Positions 25,605-34,994 of a stretch of DNA of 64,000 bases are shown here, in pieces. Each line of letters opens with the position of its first letter. Positions within the stretch are counted from its first letter, which is position 1. A model generated the notes under the pieces. That model did not search any database. It was not told where the DNA came from and worked only from the letters and a program-made list of their open reading frames with translations. The stretch comes from Candidatus Amesbacteria bacterium (GTDB lineage Bacteria > Patescibacteriota > Microgenomatia > CAZETR01 > Amesbacteraceae), in NCBI GenBank assembly GCA_027371535.1, contig DAHXMV010000002.1, positions 67,494-131,493 of the forward strand. Reading direction: 5' to 3'. The position numbers and the translations under genes were made by a program.

Positions 25605-28495
25605 TTCCGGTCGAGGCCGCATAATATCTGATAATCACAGTGACCCTGACAAATCAGGGAATTGGAACAGCGGAAATCGGATCCAACAATTTCGTCGGCA
25701 CAGGAAATAATCTCCTGTCTGGCGGCTTCCAACTGAGCAACGGTCTGACAAACCGAGACGGTTTGCTGGTTTTCAAAATAATACAGAGAGAGCCGGACAT
25801 GATCCGGGGTTTTATTAAATATCGGAGTCTTTAAAAGCGTTGCTGCCAGGGCGTAATAAGATAACTGCAGATCCACGGCAGCTTCTTTTACCGTCAGCTG
25901 GCGGGGGCTGGTTTTATAATCGACGATTTCAATGTCGCCACCCGGAAGGAGATTTACGCGGTCAATTTTACCGCCGATTTTTATTTTGTCAGTCAAAGGG
26001 ATGGTAAAGGATTCTTCCAATAAAACCGGGTTGATTTTAGCCATATCCGATTTTAAATATTGATTTAGAAATTCCACCCCCCGGTTAAAATACCCTTGGG
26101 CATGACGGGCGTTATGATAACCTTCAGGGGTCCAGCAATGGCTGAAGATATCCTGAATATCCGGTTTCTCACCCCGGCGTAAATTTTCGTGATATATTTT
26201 CATGGTCTGGTGAATAGTATTGCCAAAGCTGGAAGCGGCGGATGGCGGAGAGGCAATTTTAAAAATATATTTGGCCTTGTAATGCAACGGGCAGTCTCTG
26301 AAAGTCCGTATCTGGGAATAGCTGAGATAGTCAACTTTAACCGGTAATTTTTGAATCTGGCGCGACTGACCGGAATTAAAATGAGGCTTATCCCAATCAA
26401 GAAGCGACATTTGTTTTCGGGCAGCGGCGTTAGCATCCGGCGGGTTCTCCCCCAGAGCTTCAAAAACAAAGGGGGAAATTTTTTTGGCCCGTTTTCCCTC
26501 ACCATAAAAATCGGAAGCGGTTAAAAATAACCTGTTTTTGGCCCGGGTCATACCGACATAGAAGAGACGTCTTTCTTCTTCCAGGTGATAATCACCTACG
26601 GGAAGCGTTTCTTTTATTAAAGCTTCAGGAATAGGCAGTTGCTCCTTTTTTTCAACAGTGGGAAACCTCTGGGATACCAGATTGGCCAGAAATACCACCG
26701 GGAATTCCAAACCCTTGGCGGAATGGACGGTCAAAATATTGACTGCATTGTTCTCCGTCCAATCGGCGTTGGCGGCTGCCGGGGATTCGCCGACTTCGTA
26801 AGACAGATCAATCCAGTCCAAAACAGCGGGAATTGAAGCATCCTGATTTTGGGATTCGAAACTTTTGAGTTTATTAAAAAAGAGGTTAATGTTACCGGCA
26901 ATTTTTTCATCGATAGGTAATTTATAATCCAAAATCGACTTGAGCATGCCCGTATCCTGTAAAAAATAGAACAGGATCTGACCCGCTGATTCCTTAACAA
27001 TCAAGCTGATGTGGCGGTTAATAATTTCAACCAGCCGGGAAATCCGGGTGAGGGTGGTTTCCGATATGGGTAAATTAAAATCCCGAAGGTGTTCGCAGAC
27101 GGTAAAAAGCGGCTGATTTTGCTTTCCGGCAAAATTTAATACAGTCACCAGATCCTTGACCGGTAAGTCAAAAAAAGCAATGGAAAGAACCCGAAACAGT
27201 GAGCCGGTATCGGTGTAATCCCGGATAACGTTTAAGTAAGCGAGCAGATCCTTAATTTCCGGCTGATCAAAAAGATTACCGGGACCTAAAAACTGGTAAG
27301 GAATACCAAACCGGGAAAGACTGGTGATAAAAGGCAGGGCATGAGCGTTGGCCCTGACAAGGACGGAAAAATCACGCGACTGATAATTTTCGGAGGCCAT
27401 AAGTTCCCTAATTTTTTGTGAGACACTGTCGGCTTCATTTTCCACCCGATCAGAATGCAGATATTCGGGGGCAGCGCCCGTAAAGGAGGAGACAGACACC
27501 AGATGTTTATCGATGTGTTCTTTGACTTCCAAACGATCAGGGTTATTGTTTTGGATAAGTTTATAAGCGGCGTCAAGGATTTTTTGACCGGAACGGTAGT
27601 TTTTGGTGAGGACAACAATTTTGGCATCAGGGTAAGTGTTTCTAAAATCGATGACATTGCTGACTGCTGCTCCACGCCAACGATAGATAGATTGATCGTC
27701 GTCGGCAACGACGGTCAGATTCCTTTCCCGGCCGGCGAGTAAATTTACCAACTGATTCTGGGCGAAATTGGTGTCCTGATATTCATCCACCAGGAGATAT
27801 TTAAATTTTTCCCGGTATTTTTTCAGAATATTGGGCCGGGTCCGGAACAACTTTAAGGTGAATAAAACCAAATCCGCGAAATCCAGATAATTTGCCTTAA
27901 TTTTTGATTGCTGAAAATATTCATAAACTTTTGCCAATTCCAAATACTGTTCCCGATTTAATTTCTGTTCATCCGATCCTACATCTTTATATTCACGCCC
28001 TATCCATTCCCGGTAAGATTCCGGTAAGACGTCTTCATCCCGCAGGCGATCAAAGTGCTGGAGCAGGCCGGAAATAAATTTTGTGGGGTTTCCCAACGGC
28101 CGGAAATAATTTAAATCCAAATCAAAAAGTTTAGTACGAAGCAAGGCCACAATGTCCGTAGCCAAAATTAATTTATAGTCAGGGTTTAAGCCGATATGCA
28201 GACCATCGTCTCTCAATACCCGGTCACAAAAGGAGTGAAAAGTCATGGTCCACAACTGGGTAAACCCGTAGGGCAGGGCGACGTCAACCCGCTCTTCCAT
28301 TTCACGGGCGGCTTTCTCAGTGAACGTCAGAGCCAAAATTTCTTGAGGCTCGGCTAAACCATCGGCAATCAATCTTTTTATCCGTTCGGTGATGACGGTG
28401 GTTTTCCCGGTTCCGGCACCGGCAATTATCAGCAAAGGGCCTGAGGCATGATTGACGGCCTGAAGCTGTTCACGATTTAGTTTGGTATCTGACAC
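25601..28495 (-). CDS. UvrD-family helicase fused to a C-terminal PD-(D/E)XK nuclease with four cysteines (AddB/Cas4-like Fe-S staple)
   Basis: AGAGTGKT, VDEYQDTN, TVHSAKGLEF, EERRLFYVGMTRA; then LSYSQIRTFRDCP, GKIDRV, IVDYKT, QLSYY, CQGHCDYQILC. GTG 28495 lies 7 nt after TACAAT. Confidence 0.9.
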   Translation of the reverse strand: MSDTKLNREQLQAVNHASGPLLIIAGAGTGKTTVITERIKRLIADGLAEPQEILALTFTEKAAREMEERVDVALPYGFTQLWTMTFHSFCDRVLRDDGLHIGLNPDYKLILATDIVALLRTKLFDLDLNYFRPLGNPTKFISGLLQHFDRLRDEDVLPESYREWIGREYKDVGSDEQKLNREQYLELAKVYEYFQQSKIKANYLDFADLVLFTLKLFRTRPNILKKYREKFKYLLVDEYQDTNFAQNQLVNLLAGRERNLTVVADDDQSIYRWRGAAVSNVIDFRNTYPDAKIVVLTKNYRSGQKILDAAYKLIQNNNPDRLEVKEHIDKHLVSVSSFTGAAPEYLHSDRVENEADSVSQKIRELMASENYQSRDFSVLVRANAHALPFITSLSRFGIPYQFLGPGNLFDQPEIKDLLAYLNVIRDYTDTGSLFRVLSIAFFDLPVKDLVTVLNFAGKQNQPLFTVCEHLRDFNLPISETTLTRISRLVEIINRHISLIVKESAGQILFYFLQDTGMLKSILDYKLPIDEKIAGNINLFFNKLKSFESQNQDASIPAVLDWIDLSYEVGESPAAANADWTENNAVNILTVHSAKGLEFPVVFLANLVSQRFPTVEKKEQLPIPEALIKETLPVGDYHLEEERRLFYVGMTRAKNRLFLTASDFYGEGKRAKKISPFVFEALGENPPDANAAARKQMSLLDWDKPHFNSGQSRQIQKLPVKVDYLSYSQIRTFRDCPLHYKAKYIFKIASPPSAASSFGNTIHQTMKIYHENLRRGEKPDIQDIFSHCWTPEGYHNARHAQGYFNRGVEFLNQYLKSDMAKINPVLLEESFTIPLTDKIKIGGKIDRVNLLPGGDIEIVDYKTSPRQLTVKEAAVDLQLSYYALAATLLKTPIFNKTPDHVRLSLYYFENQQTVSVCQTVAQLEAARQEIISCADEIVGSDFRCSNSLICQGHCDYQILCGLDRN

Positions 28496-28531
28496 AAGGA
28501 AGATTGTACCACCGGGTGTTATGATTGCCCC

Positions 28532-29089
28532 ATGAAAATCTGCGGTCTGGATGAGGCAGGAAGAGGACCTCTCGCCGGACCGTTGGTGGCAGCGGCCATA
28601 ATACTCAATCCTCAATGCTCAATATTCAATTTTAAAGATTCTAAAAAGTTAAGCGAGAAACAAAGAGAAGATTTATTTAATAAAATTGTCTGTTCGGGTG
28701 CAGTATTCAAAACGGAGATAATTTCCACCAGGCAAATAAATAACCGGGGAATGGGATGGGCAAATAAGGAAATTTTTAAAAGGCTGATAAAGATACTAGA
28801 AGCCGATAAATATATTGTAGACGGAAACTTAAAAATAAAAGTCAGAAATAAAAATGTCAAAAGTGTTATCGACGCAGATGCTTCAAGAAAATGCGTTATG
28901 GCAGCATCGGTAATTGCCAAGGTGACCAGGGACAAATTAATGAGACAGCTGCATAATGAATATCCAAATTACGGATGGGAAAAGAATATGGGTTACGGAA
29001 CTAAAATCCATATAGAAGCGATCAGGAAATACGGGGCCGTGAAATACCACCGCGACGTATATGTGACAACCGCGTTAAACAATTCATAA
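28532..29089 (+). CDS. rnhB: Ribonuclease HII
   Basis: GLDEAGRGPLAGP, DSKKLS, IVDG, AASVIAKVTRD, GYGT. Confidence 0.96.
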   Translation: MKICGLDEAGRGPLAGPLVAAAIILNPQCSIFNFKDSKKLSEKQREDLFNKIVCSGAVFKTEIISTRQINNRGMGWANKEIFKRLIKILEADKYIVDGNLKIKVRNKNVKSVIDADASRKCVMAASVIAKVTRDKLMRQLHNEYPNYGWEKNMGYGTKIHIEAIRKYGAVKYHRDVYVTTALNNS

Positions 29090-29091
29090 AT

Positions 29092-29532
29092 ATGGATCAC
29101 GTGGCAATAATGAGAAAATCCATGGGGCTATTACCCAAGATTATTAACGGAGAAAAAACAATCGAGTCCAGGTGGAGTACCAGACGGAATGAACCATGGA
29201 GGAAAGTCAAGACCGGGGACAAAATTTATTTTAAGAATTCCGGAGAAAAAGTATCGGCCGTGGCAGAGGTAAATTATATAAAAATTTTCCAAAGCAACCC
29301 GAAATATACATGGCATGTATTAACAAACAGAAAGGATACGATTAAAAAACTGGGGGTCGAAGATTTAAACGTCTTTTACGGATCAGTCAAAGATAAAAAG
29401 TGGGGAGGATTATTCGGCCTAAAAAATGTCAGAAGGGTAAAACCGTTTCAAATTAACAAAAGAGGGTTTGGGAACATGGCAGCGTGGATAAGTTTGGATA
29501 ATATAAAGAAAATTGCTATACTCAGGACATGA
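29092..29532 (+). CDS. ASCH/PUA-like domain protein
   Basis: IINGEKTIESR (GxKxxExR) and VKTGDKIYF. Confidence 0.8.
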   Translation: MDHVAIMRKSMGLLPKIINGEKTIESRWSTRRNEPWRKVKTGDKIYFKNSGEKVSAVAEVNYIKIFQSNPKYTWHVLTNRKDTIKKLGVEDLNVFYGSVKDKKWGGLFGLKNVRRVKPFQINKRGFGNMAAWISLDNIKKIAILRT

Positions 29533-30281
29533 AAACGGAACCCGTTCTGGAAGCTTTTGAATGGCTGGTCAAAGATAAATTGGCCGCTCTGCCTGAATTG
29601 TCAGATATGCGGAAAACTTGGAACGAAAAATATGCTATACAAACGATTGTTTCATATATATCTGTATTGGAAAGATTAGCCAGTTTGAACAAACGTGATT
29701 TGGAGATTATTGATGAGGCGAACAGAAGATGCATCCAGAAAAAAGTCGAATTTGGTTCGGCGTCCAAAGTAGATGTAAATATATTTGTTCAAAGAATCGG
29801 CTCCGATACACAAAGACGTATGGCTGATACTTTTTTAGATAATTTATATATGAAATCCAGATTATTTTTGAAAGCGGCTGAGGATCTAAGGTTAAGAATG
29901 GAAAAAGGCCATGAGTTGTCTTTAAAAGGCGTAGAGAGGATGGATGGAGCTTCCCCCGAAGTAGATTATTCCATCTGGGGATTCACAAGAGGAATGAAAA
30001 CCAAAGCAATGGTACATTTTATTTTTTGTCACCTGTTAGAAAGGCTGTCGGTGCAGATACTGAGCAACCACCCCAATAAAGAAGTCGGGGAAATGATATT
30101 GCACAAGGATTATTTCAGAAACGCCATGGGTGAAACAATAAGGTTGATGATTGCGGAAAATCAGGCTGATAAAGAAATGGCTCATTTGTGGGGGACCCCC
30201 AGAGAGCAGGGAGGATTACAATGGCACAGAGATGAAAGACGCCAAAAAATCTTCAAGCAGGTCTTGGAAGATATGGGTTAA
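29529..30281 (+). CDS. Hypothetical protein (helical, no motif recognised)
   Basis: 250-aa ORF, ATGA overlap with the ASCH gene, TATACT 6 nt upstream. Confidence 0.7.
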   Translation: MKTEPVLEAFEWLVKDKLAALPELSDMRKTWNEKYAIQTIVSYISVLERLASLNKRDLEIIDEANRRCIQKKVEFGSASKVDVNIFVQRIGSDTQRRMADTFLDNLYMKSRLFLKAAEDLRLRMEKGHELSLKGVERMDGASPEVDYSIWGFTRGMKTKAMVHFIFCHLLERLSVQILSNHPNKEVGEMILHKDYFRNAMGETIRLMIAENQADKEMAHLWGTPREQGGLQWHRDERRQKIFKQVLEDMG

Positions 30282-31277
30282 TTAAATATAAAAGTTGCGC
30301 TCCCAGGAGTGATTTTTGAGTTCGGAAAGGAGCGCGGGGGGTAATTTACGACCGTCGGAAACAGAAATATTGGTATCCACATAGGAAGTTTTGCGCATAC
30401 CGGGTATAACGGTAGAGACTTCCGGCCAGGACAAAATATATCTCAGAGCAAATTGAGTCAAAGACTGTGAATCAGGGATCAGAGTTTTGAGAGCATCAGT
30501 GCGTTTGACTAATTCGGCAAGGCGGGGCTCCCTAAAATAATGATTTCGAAAATCCGCGGAAGGTAATTTGGTGTTTTGGGAAAATTTGCCGGTGAGACCG
30601 CCTTCGTCCAACGGGACCCGGGCAATTAAACCAATATTATTTTTGGCGGCATACGGCAAAAGCGTTTCCGTGGGTTTTTGGTGAAAAATATTGAATATAA
30701 ACTGAACAGCGGAAATCAGGCCGGTATCCAAGGTTTTAAGGCAATTATCCGGCTGGTAATCGTTGACGGAAATACCCCAGAAGCGGACTTTTCCCGACTT
30801 TATTATTTTCTGAACAGCCGATTTCCAGGCATCGTCTTCGACGAAATAATCCTGCCAGACATGAAACTGCATGAGGTCCAGATAATCCGTGTTTAGGTCA
30901 CGCAAAGTGTCGTCGACGCAGGAGGCGATCCAGTCCGGAGGAAAAACTTCGGAGACGGGAACACCGGGCAGTGCGGGCCAGTGCATATTTTTGGGAGGAA
31001 CTTTGGAAGCGATAATCAACTTATTTCTTAATTTAGATTCAGCCAGAAATTTACCAATTAATTCATGGGAGTAGCGGTGTCCGGTTTTACCGACATATCC
31101 ATAAATCCAGGCGGAATCGATAAAGTTGCCTCCCATATCGACAAAATGGGCCAGGGCCTTCAGACTTTCATTTTCGTCCGGATCGGTCCACATATCCCCG
31201 CCTCTAGCCAATTGCCAGGTACCAATACCGACTTCGGAAACTTTAAGATTGGTTTTACCCAGGGTGCGATAAAGCAT
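30282..31277 (-). CDS. Aldo/keto reductase
   Basis: YRTLGKTNLKVSEVGIG, NFIDSAWIYG, TDYLDLMQFH, GKVRFWGIS, VSTVIPG. Confidence 0.95.
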   Translation of the reverse strand: MLYRTLGKTNLKVSEVGIGTWQLARGGDMWTDPDENESLKALAHFVDMGGNFIDSAWIYGYVGKTGHRYSHELIGKFLAESKLRNKLIIASKVPPKNMHWPALPGVPVSEVFPPDWIASCVDDTLRDLNTDYLDLMQFHVWQDYFVEDDAWKSAVQKIIKSGKVRFWGISVNDYQPDNCLKTLDTGLISAVQFIFNIFHQKPTETLLPYAAKNNIGLIARVPLDEGGLTGKFSQNTKLPSADFRNHYFREPRLAELVKRTDALKTLIPDSQSLTQFALRYILSWPEVSTVIPGMRKTSYVDTNISVSDGRKLPPALLSELKNHSWERNFYI

Positions 31278-31513
31278 TACGACTATTTTACATCAGGATG
31301 CAAATAACGCAGCCTTAAAGATTCCGGGGATCTTTCGATGGCATAGCACGGGGTAGTTCCGGGAACTGATAAACCAGAATCTGCAGAACCATGGAACGTT
31401 TCCCGCGGTATGGGAAAGAATCAATCCCCGGATATCAGACAGGGGTAAATCCTAATATTTTTCGGAAGTCCGGCGCATTTTGGGAGTAGTCTGACTTAAA
31501 AAATATTTCAAAG

Positions 31514-32086
31514 TCAGAGGTGACTTCTTAATTTCTCAGCTAACGGATCCGAAGTGCAGAACTGGAGCGTACCCCTTTCGGCACGATCTATATTGGGTAT
31601 TCCGTACAGGTGATCATACTCGTGCTGAACCAGCCTGGCCTCGAGGCCGGAAAACTCCTGCCGGACCAATTTGCCGGTTTCGTCTTTCCATTCCAGATTG
31701 ACCGTTTCCGGACGTTTAACATCCGGCCAAACAAAGCCACAACTGAGGCAAAGTTCCCGACAGTAATTTCCGCGAACCGAACGGGAAATGATTTTCGGAT
31801 TAAGATAACTTTTAATCTTGCCGTCAAGGAAAGTCACGAACACGGACTTGTCGATACCTATCTGGGGAGCCGCCAATCCCCTGCCGAAGCCGGTAATTTT
31901 CCGATACCGGATAAGAATTTTTCCCAATTTACCGCTAATTGATAAACCGTCTTTAAGATTGACGGGGGAGGTCTTTTTTCTAAGTATCGGGTCACCGAGA
32001 TAAGTAAATTCAGGAATCTGATCCAAAAGTTTAAGAAACAGCAGAATGTTCTTTTTAAGCTCTCTTTTAGAAGGTGCCTGAGTCAC
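31514..32086 (-). CDS. def: Peptide deformylase
   Basis: GRGLAAPQIG, ELCLS, QHEYDHLYG. Confidence 0.9.
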   Translation of the reverse strand: MTQAPSKRELKKNILLFLKLLDQIPEFTYLGDPILRKKTSPVNLKDGLSISGKLGKILIRYRKITGFGRGLAAPQIGIDKSVFVTFLDGKIKSYLNPKIISRSVRGNYCRELCLSCGFVWPDVKRPETVNLEWKDETGKLVRQEFSGLEARLVQHEYDHLYGIPNIDRAERGTLQFCTSDPLAEKLRSHL

Positions 32087-32134
32087 ACAGGTATAATAAC
32101 ATGAATTAGGTTTTTGACCAGTTAGGGATATTAC

Positions 32135-33067
32135 TTAAGGAAGAGTTTTATTTTCAGAGTCAGTTCCAGACAGGCGGTGGGTGCGGGCAAGCTTTTGACC
32201 GAGGGAATTAAACTCCACAGAGACGTGATCCATCTGATGATAGGCATTGGTTAGGTGGCGGTTTAAAACTGAAAGATTTTCATCCACCTTCTGGTAATCC
32301 TTATGAATAGCCTGTAAAAGAGCCATTAAGCTCCTGGTTTTTTCCTGAAGAGATTTACCCTGGTAGGAGGTCAGAATGACCTGCAAATGGGCAGAAAAAG
32401 TCGAAGGAGAGACGGGGTAAACACGGTAGTCACGGGCCGATTGCATTATTTCTTCCGAATTGACCACCTCATAGTAGACAGATTCCGAGGGAACGAACAT
32501 CAGCGCAAAATCCATGGTCTCTTCTTCGGGAAGAATATATTTCCGGGAAATATCGCTGATGTGTTTTTTAACATCGGTTATAAAATCTTTTTTAGCCTGA
32601 TTTCTGACCTGTTCAGTGTCACCTTTAATCTGCAGATTAAAATTTGACAGCGGGAATTTAGAGTCAATACACAATAAACCGGCATCAGTTTTGATAACGG
32701 CGTCGACTTTGACCCCGGATTTGAAACCATACTGGAAATGGAAGGAATTTTTCGGAAAACTCTGACCGATCATATCCTGCATCACCTGCTCACCGATACC
32801 GCCGCGCAATTTAGGACTTTGAAGAAAATCCTGCAGGGATTTGATGCCCCTCCCAACTTCGGACATTTCGCCCAAATTCTTGGAAACCTGGGCCATTAAT
32901 GATGATGCCGAATCTAAACGGTCGTTAATCTGCCCGGTAGATGACTTTAGCCATTCGATGAGGGTGGTATCAGGGTTTTTGACACTTAACCAATTACGAA
33001 TAATGAGAAGGGTAACTATAAACCCTAAAATGATTACTGTTAAAATAAGAATGAGAATGTAGGTCAT
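32135..33067 (-). CDS. rmuC: DNA recombination protein RmuC family
   Basis: N-terminal TM helix, PKLRGGIGE, VDAVI, IDSKFP, DFALMFVPSESVY. Confidence 0.92.
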   Translation of the reverse strand: MTYILILILTVIILGFIVTLLIIRNWLSVKNPDTTLIEWLKSSTGQINDRLDSASSLMAQVSKNLGEMSEVGRGIKSLQDFLQSPKLRGGIGEQVMQDMIGQSFPKNSFHFQYGFKSGVKVDAVIKTDAGLLCIDSKFPLSNFNLQIKGDTEQVRNQAKKDFITDVKKHISDISRKYILPEEETMDFALMFVPSESVYYEVVNSEEIMQSARDYRVYPVSPSTFSAHLQVILTSYQGKSLQEKTRSLMALLQAIHKDYQKVDENLSVLNRHLTNAYHQMDHVSVEFNSLGQKLARTHRLSGTDSENKTLP

Positions 33068-33094
33068 GAGTAAAGACTACCCAAATAATTATAT

Positions 33095-33397
33095 ATGATT
33101 AGGAAAAGAAAAAATTTTAATTGGAGGATTATAGGCGGGGCGGGAGCAATAGTTTCAACGATATCACTTATCTGGTTTTGGGCTCCGGACGCCTGGTGGA
33201 AGGAAGCAGTTGTGCTGGCCGGATTCGGATCCGGAATCTTTTTAATTATCAGCCAGATGACAAAGAGAATGAAATGGGGGTGGATCTGTTCGGCCGGGAT
33301 ATTGAGTTTTTTAATCTTTAACAGGTGGGGAATGCTGGACATACTGACGGGTGTGCTGTTGATAATCATTGTGGGGTTGATATCTTTAATAAATTAA
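33095..33397 (+). CDS. Small membrane protein
   Basis: 100 aa, about four hydrophobic segments, basic N-terminus. Confidence 0.7.
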   Translation: MIRKRKNFNWRIIGGAGAIVSTISLIWFWAPDAWWKEAVVLAGFGSGIFLIISQMTKRMKWGWICSAGILSFLIFNRWGMLDILTGVLLIIIVGLISLIN

Positions 33398-33412
33398 AGT
33401 AGTATTTACGGC

Positions 33413-33766
33413 GTGCAGATATCTAAGGATAAGGTCAATAAAATTTTAGAAAAACAACTATCAGCTACTCTCTATCAGCTGATCACTGATATTAGGAACC
33501 CAAAAGAAGCTGAGCTGATTTTCACCCATATACTTTCGAAAACCGAAATGACAACGGTGATTAAGAGACTGGCCGTGGCATACTGGTTAACAAAAAAACG
33601 CAGTTATGAAGTTATTAAAGACAACCTGAAGGTGTCTTCCGCGACTATTGCCAGTATCCAGCAGGATTTAAAAAAACCCGGATGGCAAGCGGCAATTAGA
33701 AAGGTGCTGGCTGAAGAATGGGCTACCAAATGGGAAGAAAAAATTAATAGATTACTTAAAAGGTAA
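33413..33766 (+). CDS. TrpR/YerC-YecD-like DNA-binding protein
   Basis: ILSKTEMTTVIKRLAVAYWL, SYEVIKDNLKVSSATIA (helix-turn-helix). Confidence 0.85.
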   Translation: MQISKDKVNKILEKQLSATLYQLITDIRNPKEAELIFTHILSKTEMTTVIKRLAVAYWLTKKRSYEVIKDNLKVSSATIASIQQDLKKPGWQAAIRKVLAEEWATKWEEKINRLLKR

Positions 33767-34958
33767 ACTGTCCGTTTTGATAGATCACCTTTTGCATACC
33801 GTTGGTAAGTAAGGCTGTAACCGTCCTGTCCTCTGTGGAAATAATGTCGGTGTGAATGGCGGAATTATTGAAACCCAGCCGGGCTTTTAAAACAGGAGTT
33901 AAAGTTTTCAGGTTACCGGTATAAGTATCGTCGTAGGCCGTTCCTAAAGCCAGGTGAGTATTACCAAAAGGACCGGAAATGTTCTCGTCAAAAAGGGTTT
34001 CGGCCATAAATCTGTCAATTTTTGACAGGCGTTTGTCCGTCAGAGAAAATTCACCTATTTTATCGGCGTTATCGACTTCCAACATGGCCTTTAAAACCCG
34101 ATAATTCTGATCGGCCGAACTTTTAATAACAATGCCGTCTTTAAAATCCAATTTAATGCCGGTGATTAAACTGCCATAGCGGTAGAGCGGCTGGTTAAAT
34201 TCAATGTGACCATTGGTGCCCCGCCAATCAGGCGAAGTAAAGACTTCAAAACTGGGAATGTTGCGGCCCGATCCACCCAGCCATTTTCTTTTTTCACCTA
34301 AAGTAATCCATAAATCTATTTTTCCAGCTTCGACATGAAGCTTTTCAATGGGTAATAAATTTATTTGTGAAAGGATTTCAGTATTTTTTTTAAATACTTC
34401 GCGCCATTTGGAAATAGGATCAGGTTCGTCCAGAAAACAGGCTCTTATGATCTGGTCCCAGTATTCTTTCAGAGTCATACCGGCTTCTTTGGCCATAGCT
34501 TCGGTGCCATATAAAGCTAATGTCCAGGTGAATTTACCGGCGTTTTCTTTGACATCCAGCCAGTCGCGGAACAGCTTTCTGGATTTCTGGGCCAGCATTA
34601 TTTTAGAAGGGTTGATACCCTCCAGCTCGTGCTTGTCAGTTTCAGATATAATCCCTATCGAATGATCTATCTCATCGGCCAAACCTTTAAAATATTTCCC
34701 GGGGAAAAATTTCAGTTCAGAATCGTCGGCTAATTCAAAATATGCCCGGTCAACGTTATCGGGATAGAAGCTGGTTATGGGATGGGCACCGGAACGTAAT
34801 AACTGGTTTCTTAAGGCCACATACAGCGGTTTGGCAGACTCGTTGACGATTAGTCTTACCACATCCCCCCTTTTTACACCTCTGCCGGAATTCAGGGCAA
34901 AATTTACCAAAACTTTGGCATAGTTATCCAGGATTTTCTGAGAAGGAGCGTATTCCAT
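33756..34958 (-). CDS. Aminopeptidase, peptidase M29 family
   Basis: NIPSFEVFTSPD, IGEFSL, LFDENI, HLALG, SAIHTDII; ATG 34958 lies 7 nt after TATAAT. Confidence 0.93.
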   Translation of the reverse strand: MEYAPSQKILDNYAKVLVNFALNSGRGVKRGDVVRLIVNESAKPLYVALRNQLLRSGAHPITSFYPDNVDRAYFELADDSELKFFPGKYFKGLADEIDHSIGIISETDKHELEGINPSKIMLAQKSRKLFRDWLDVKENAGKFTWTLALYGTEAMAKEAGMTLKEYWDQIIRACFLDEPDPISKWREVFKKNTEILSQINLLPIEKLHVEAGKIDLWITLGEKRKWLGGSGRNIPSFEVFTSPDWRGTNGHIEFNQPLYRYGSLITGIKLDFKDGIVIKSSADQNYRVLKAMLEVDNADKIGEFSLTDKRLSKIDRFMAETLFDENISGPFGNTHLALGTAYDDTYTGNLKTLTPVLKARLGFNNSAIHTDIISTEDRTVTALLTNGMQKVIYQNGQFTF

Positions 34959-34994
34959 GGGCAAAATTATACCTCTTTGAAGTAAAATAAGCTG

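Noticed and set aside
25601-26340. Cas4-like nuclease domain as evidence of a CRISPR-Cas system
   Set aside because: It is fused to a UvrD helicase, with no cas1, cas2 or array nearby; a repair role is more parsimonious.
33064-33369. 101-aa minus-strand ORF
   Set aside because: The + strand ORF 33095-33397 has a coherent membrane-protein pattern and fits the gene order; this one is its shadow.
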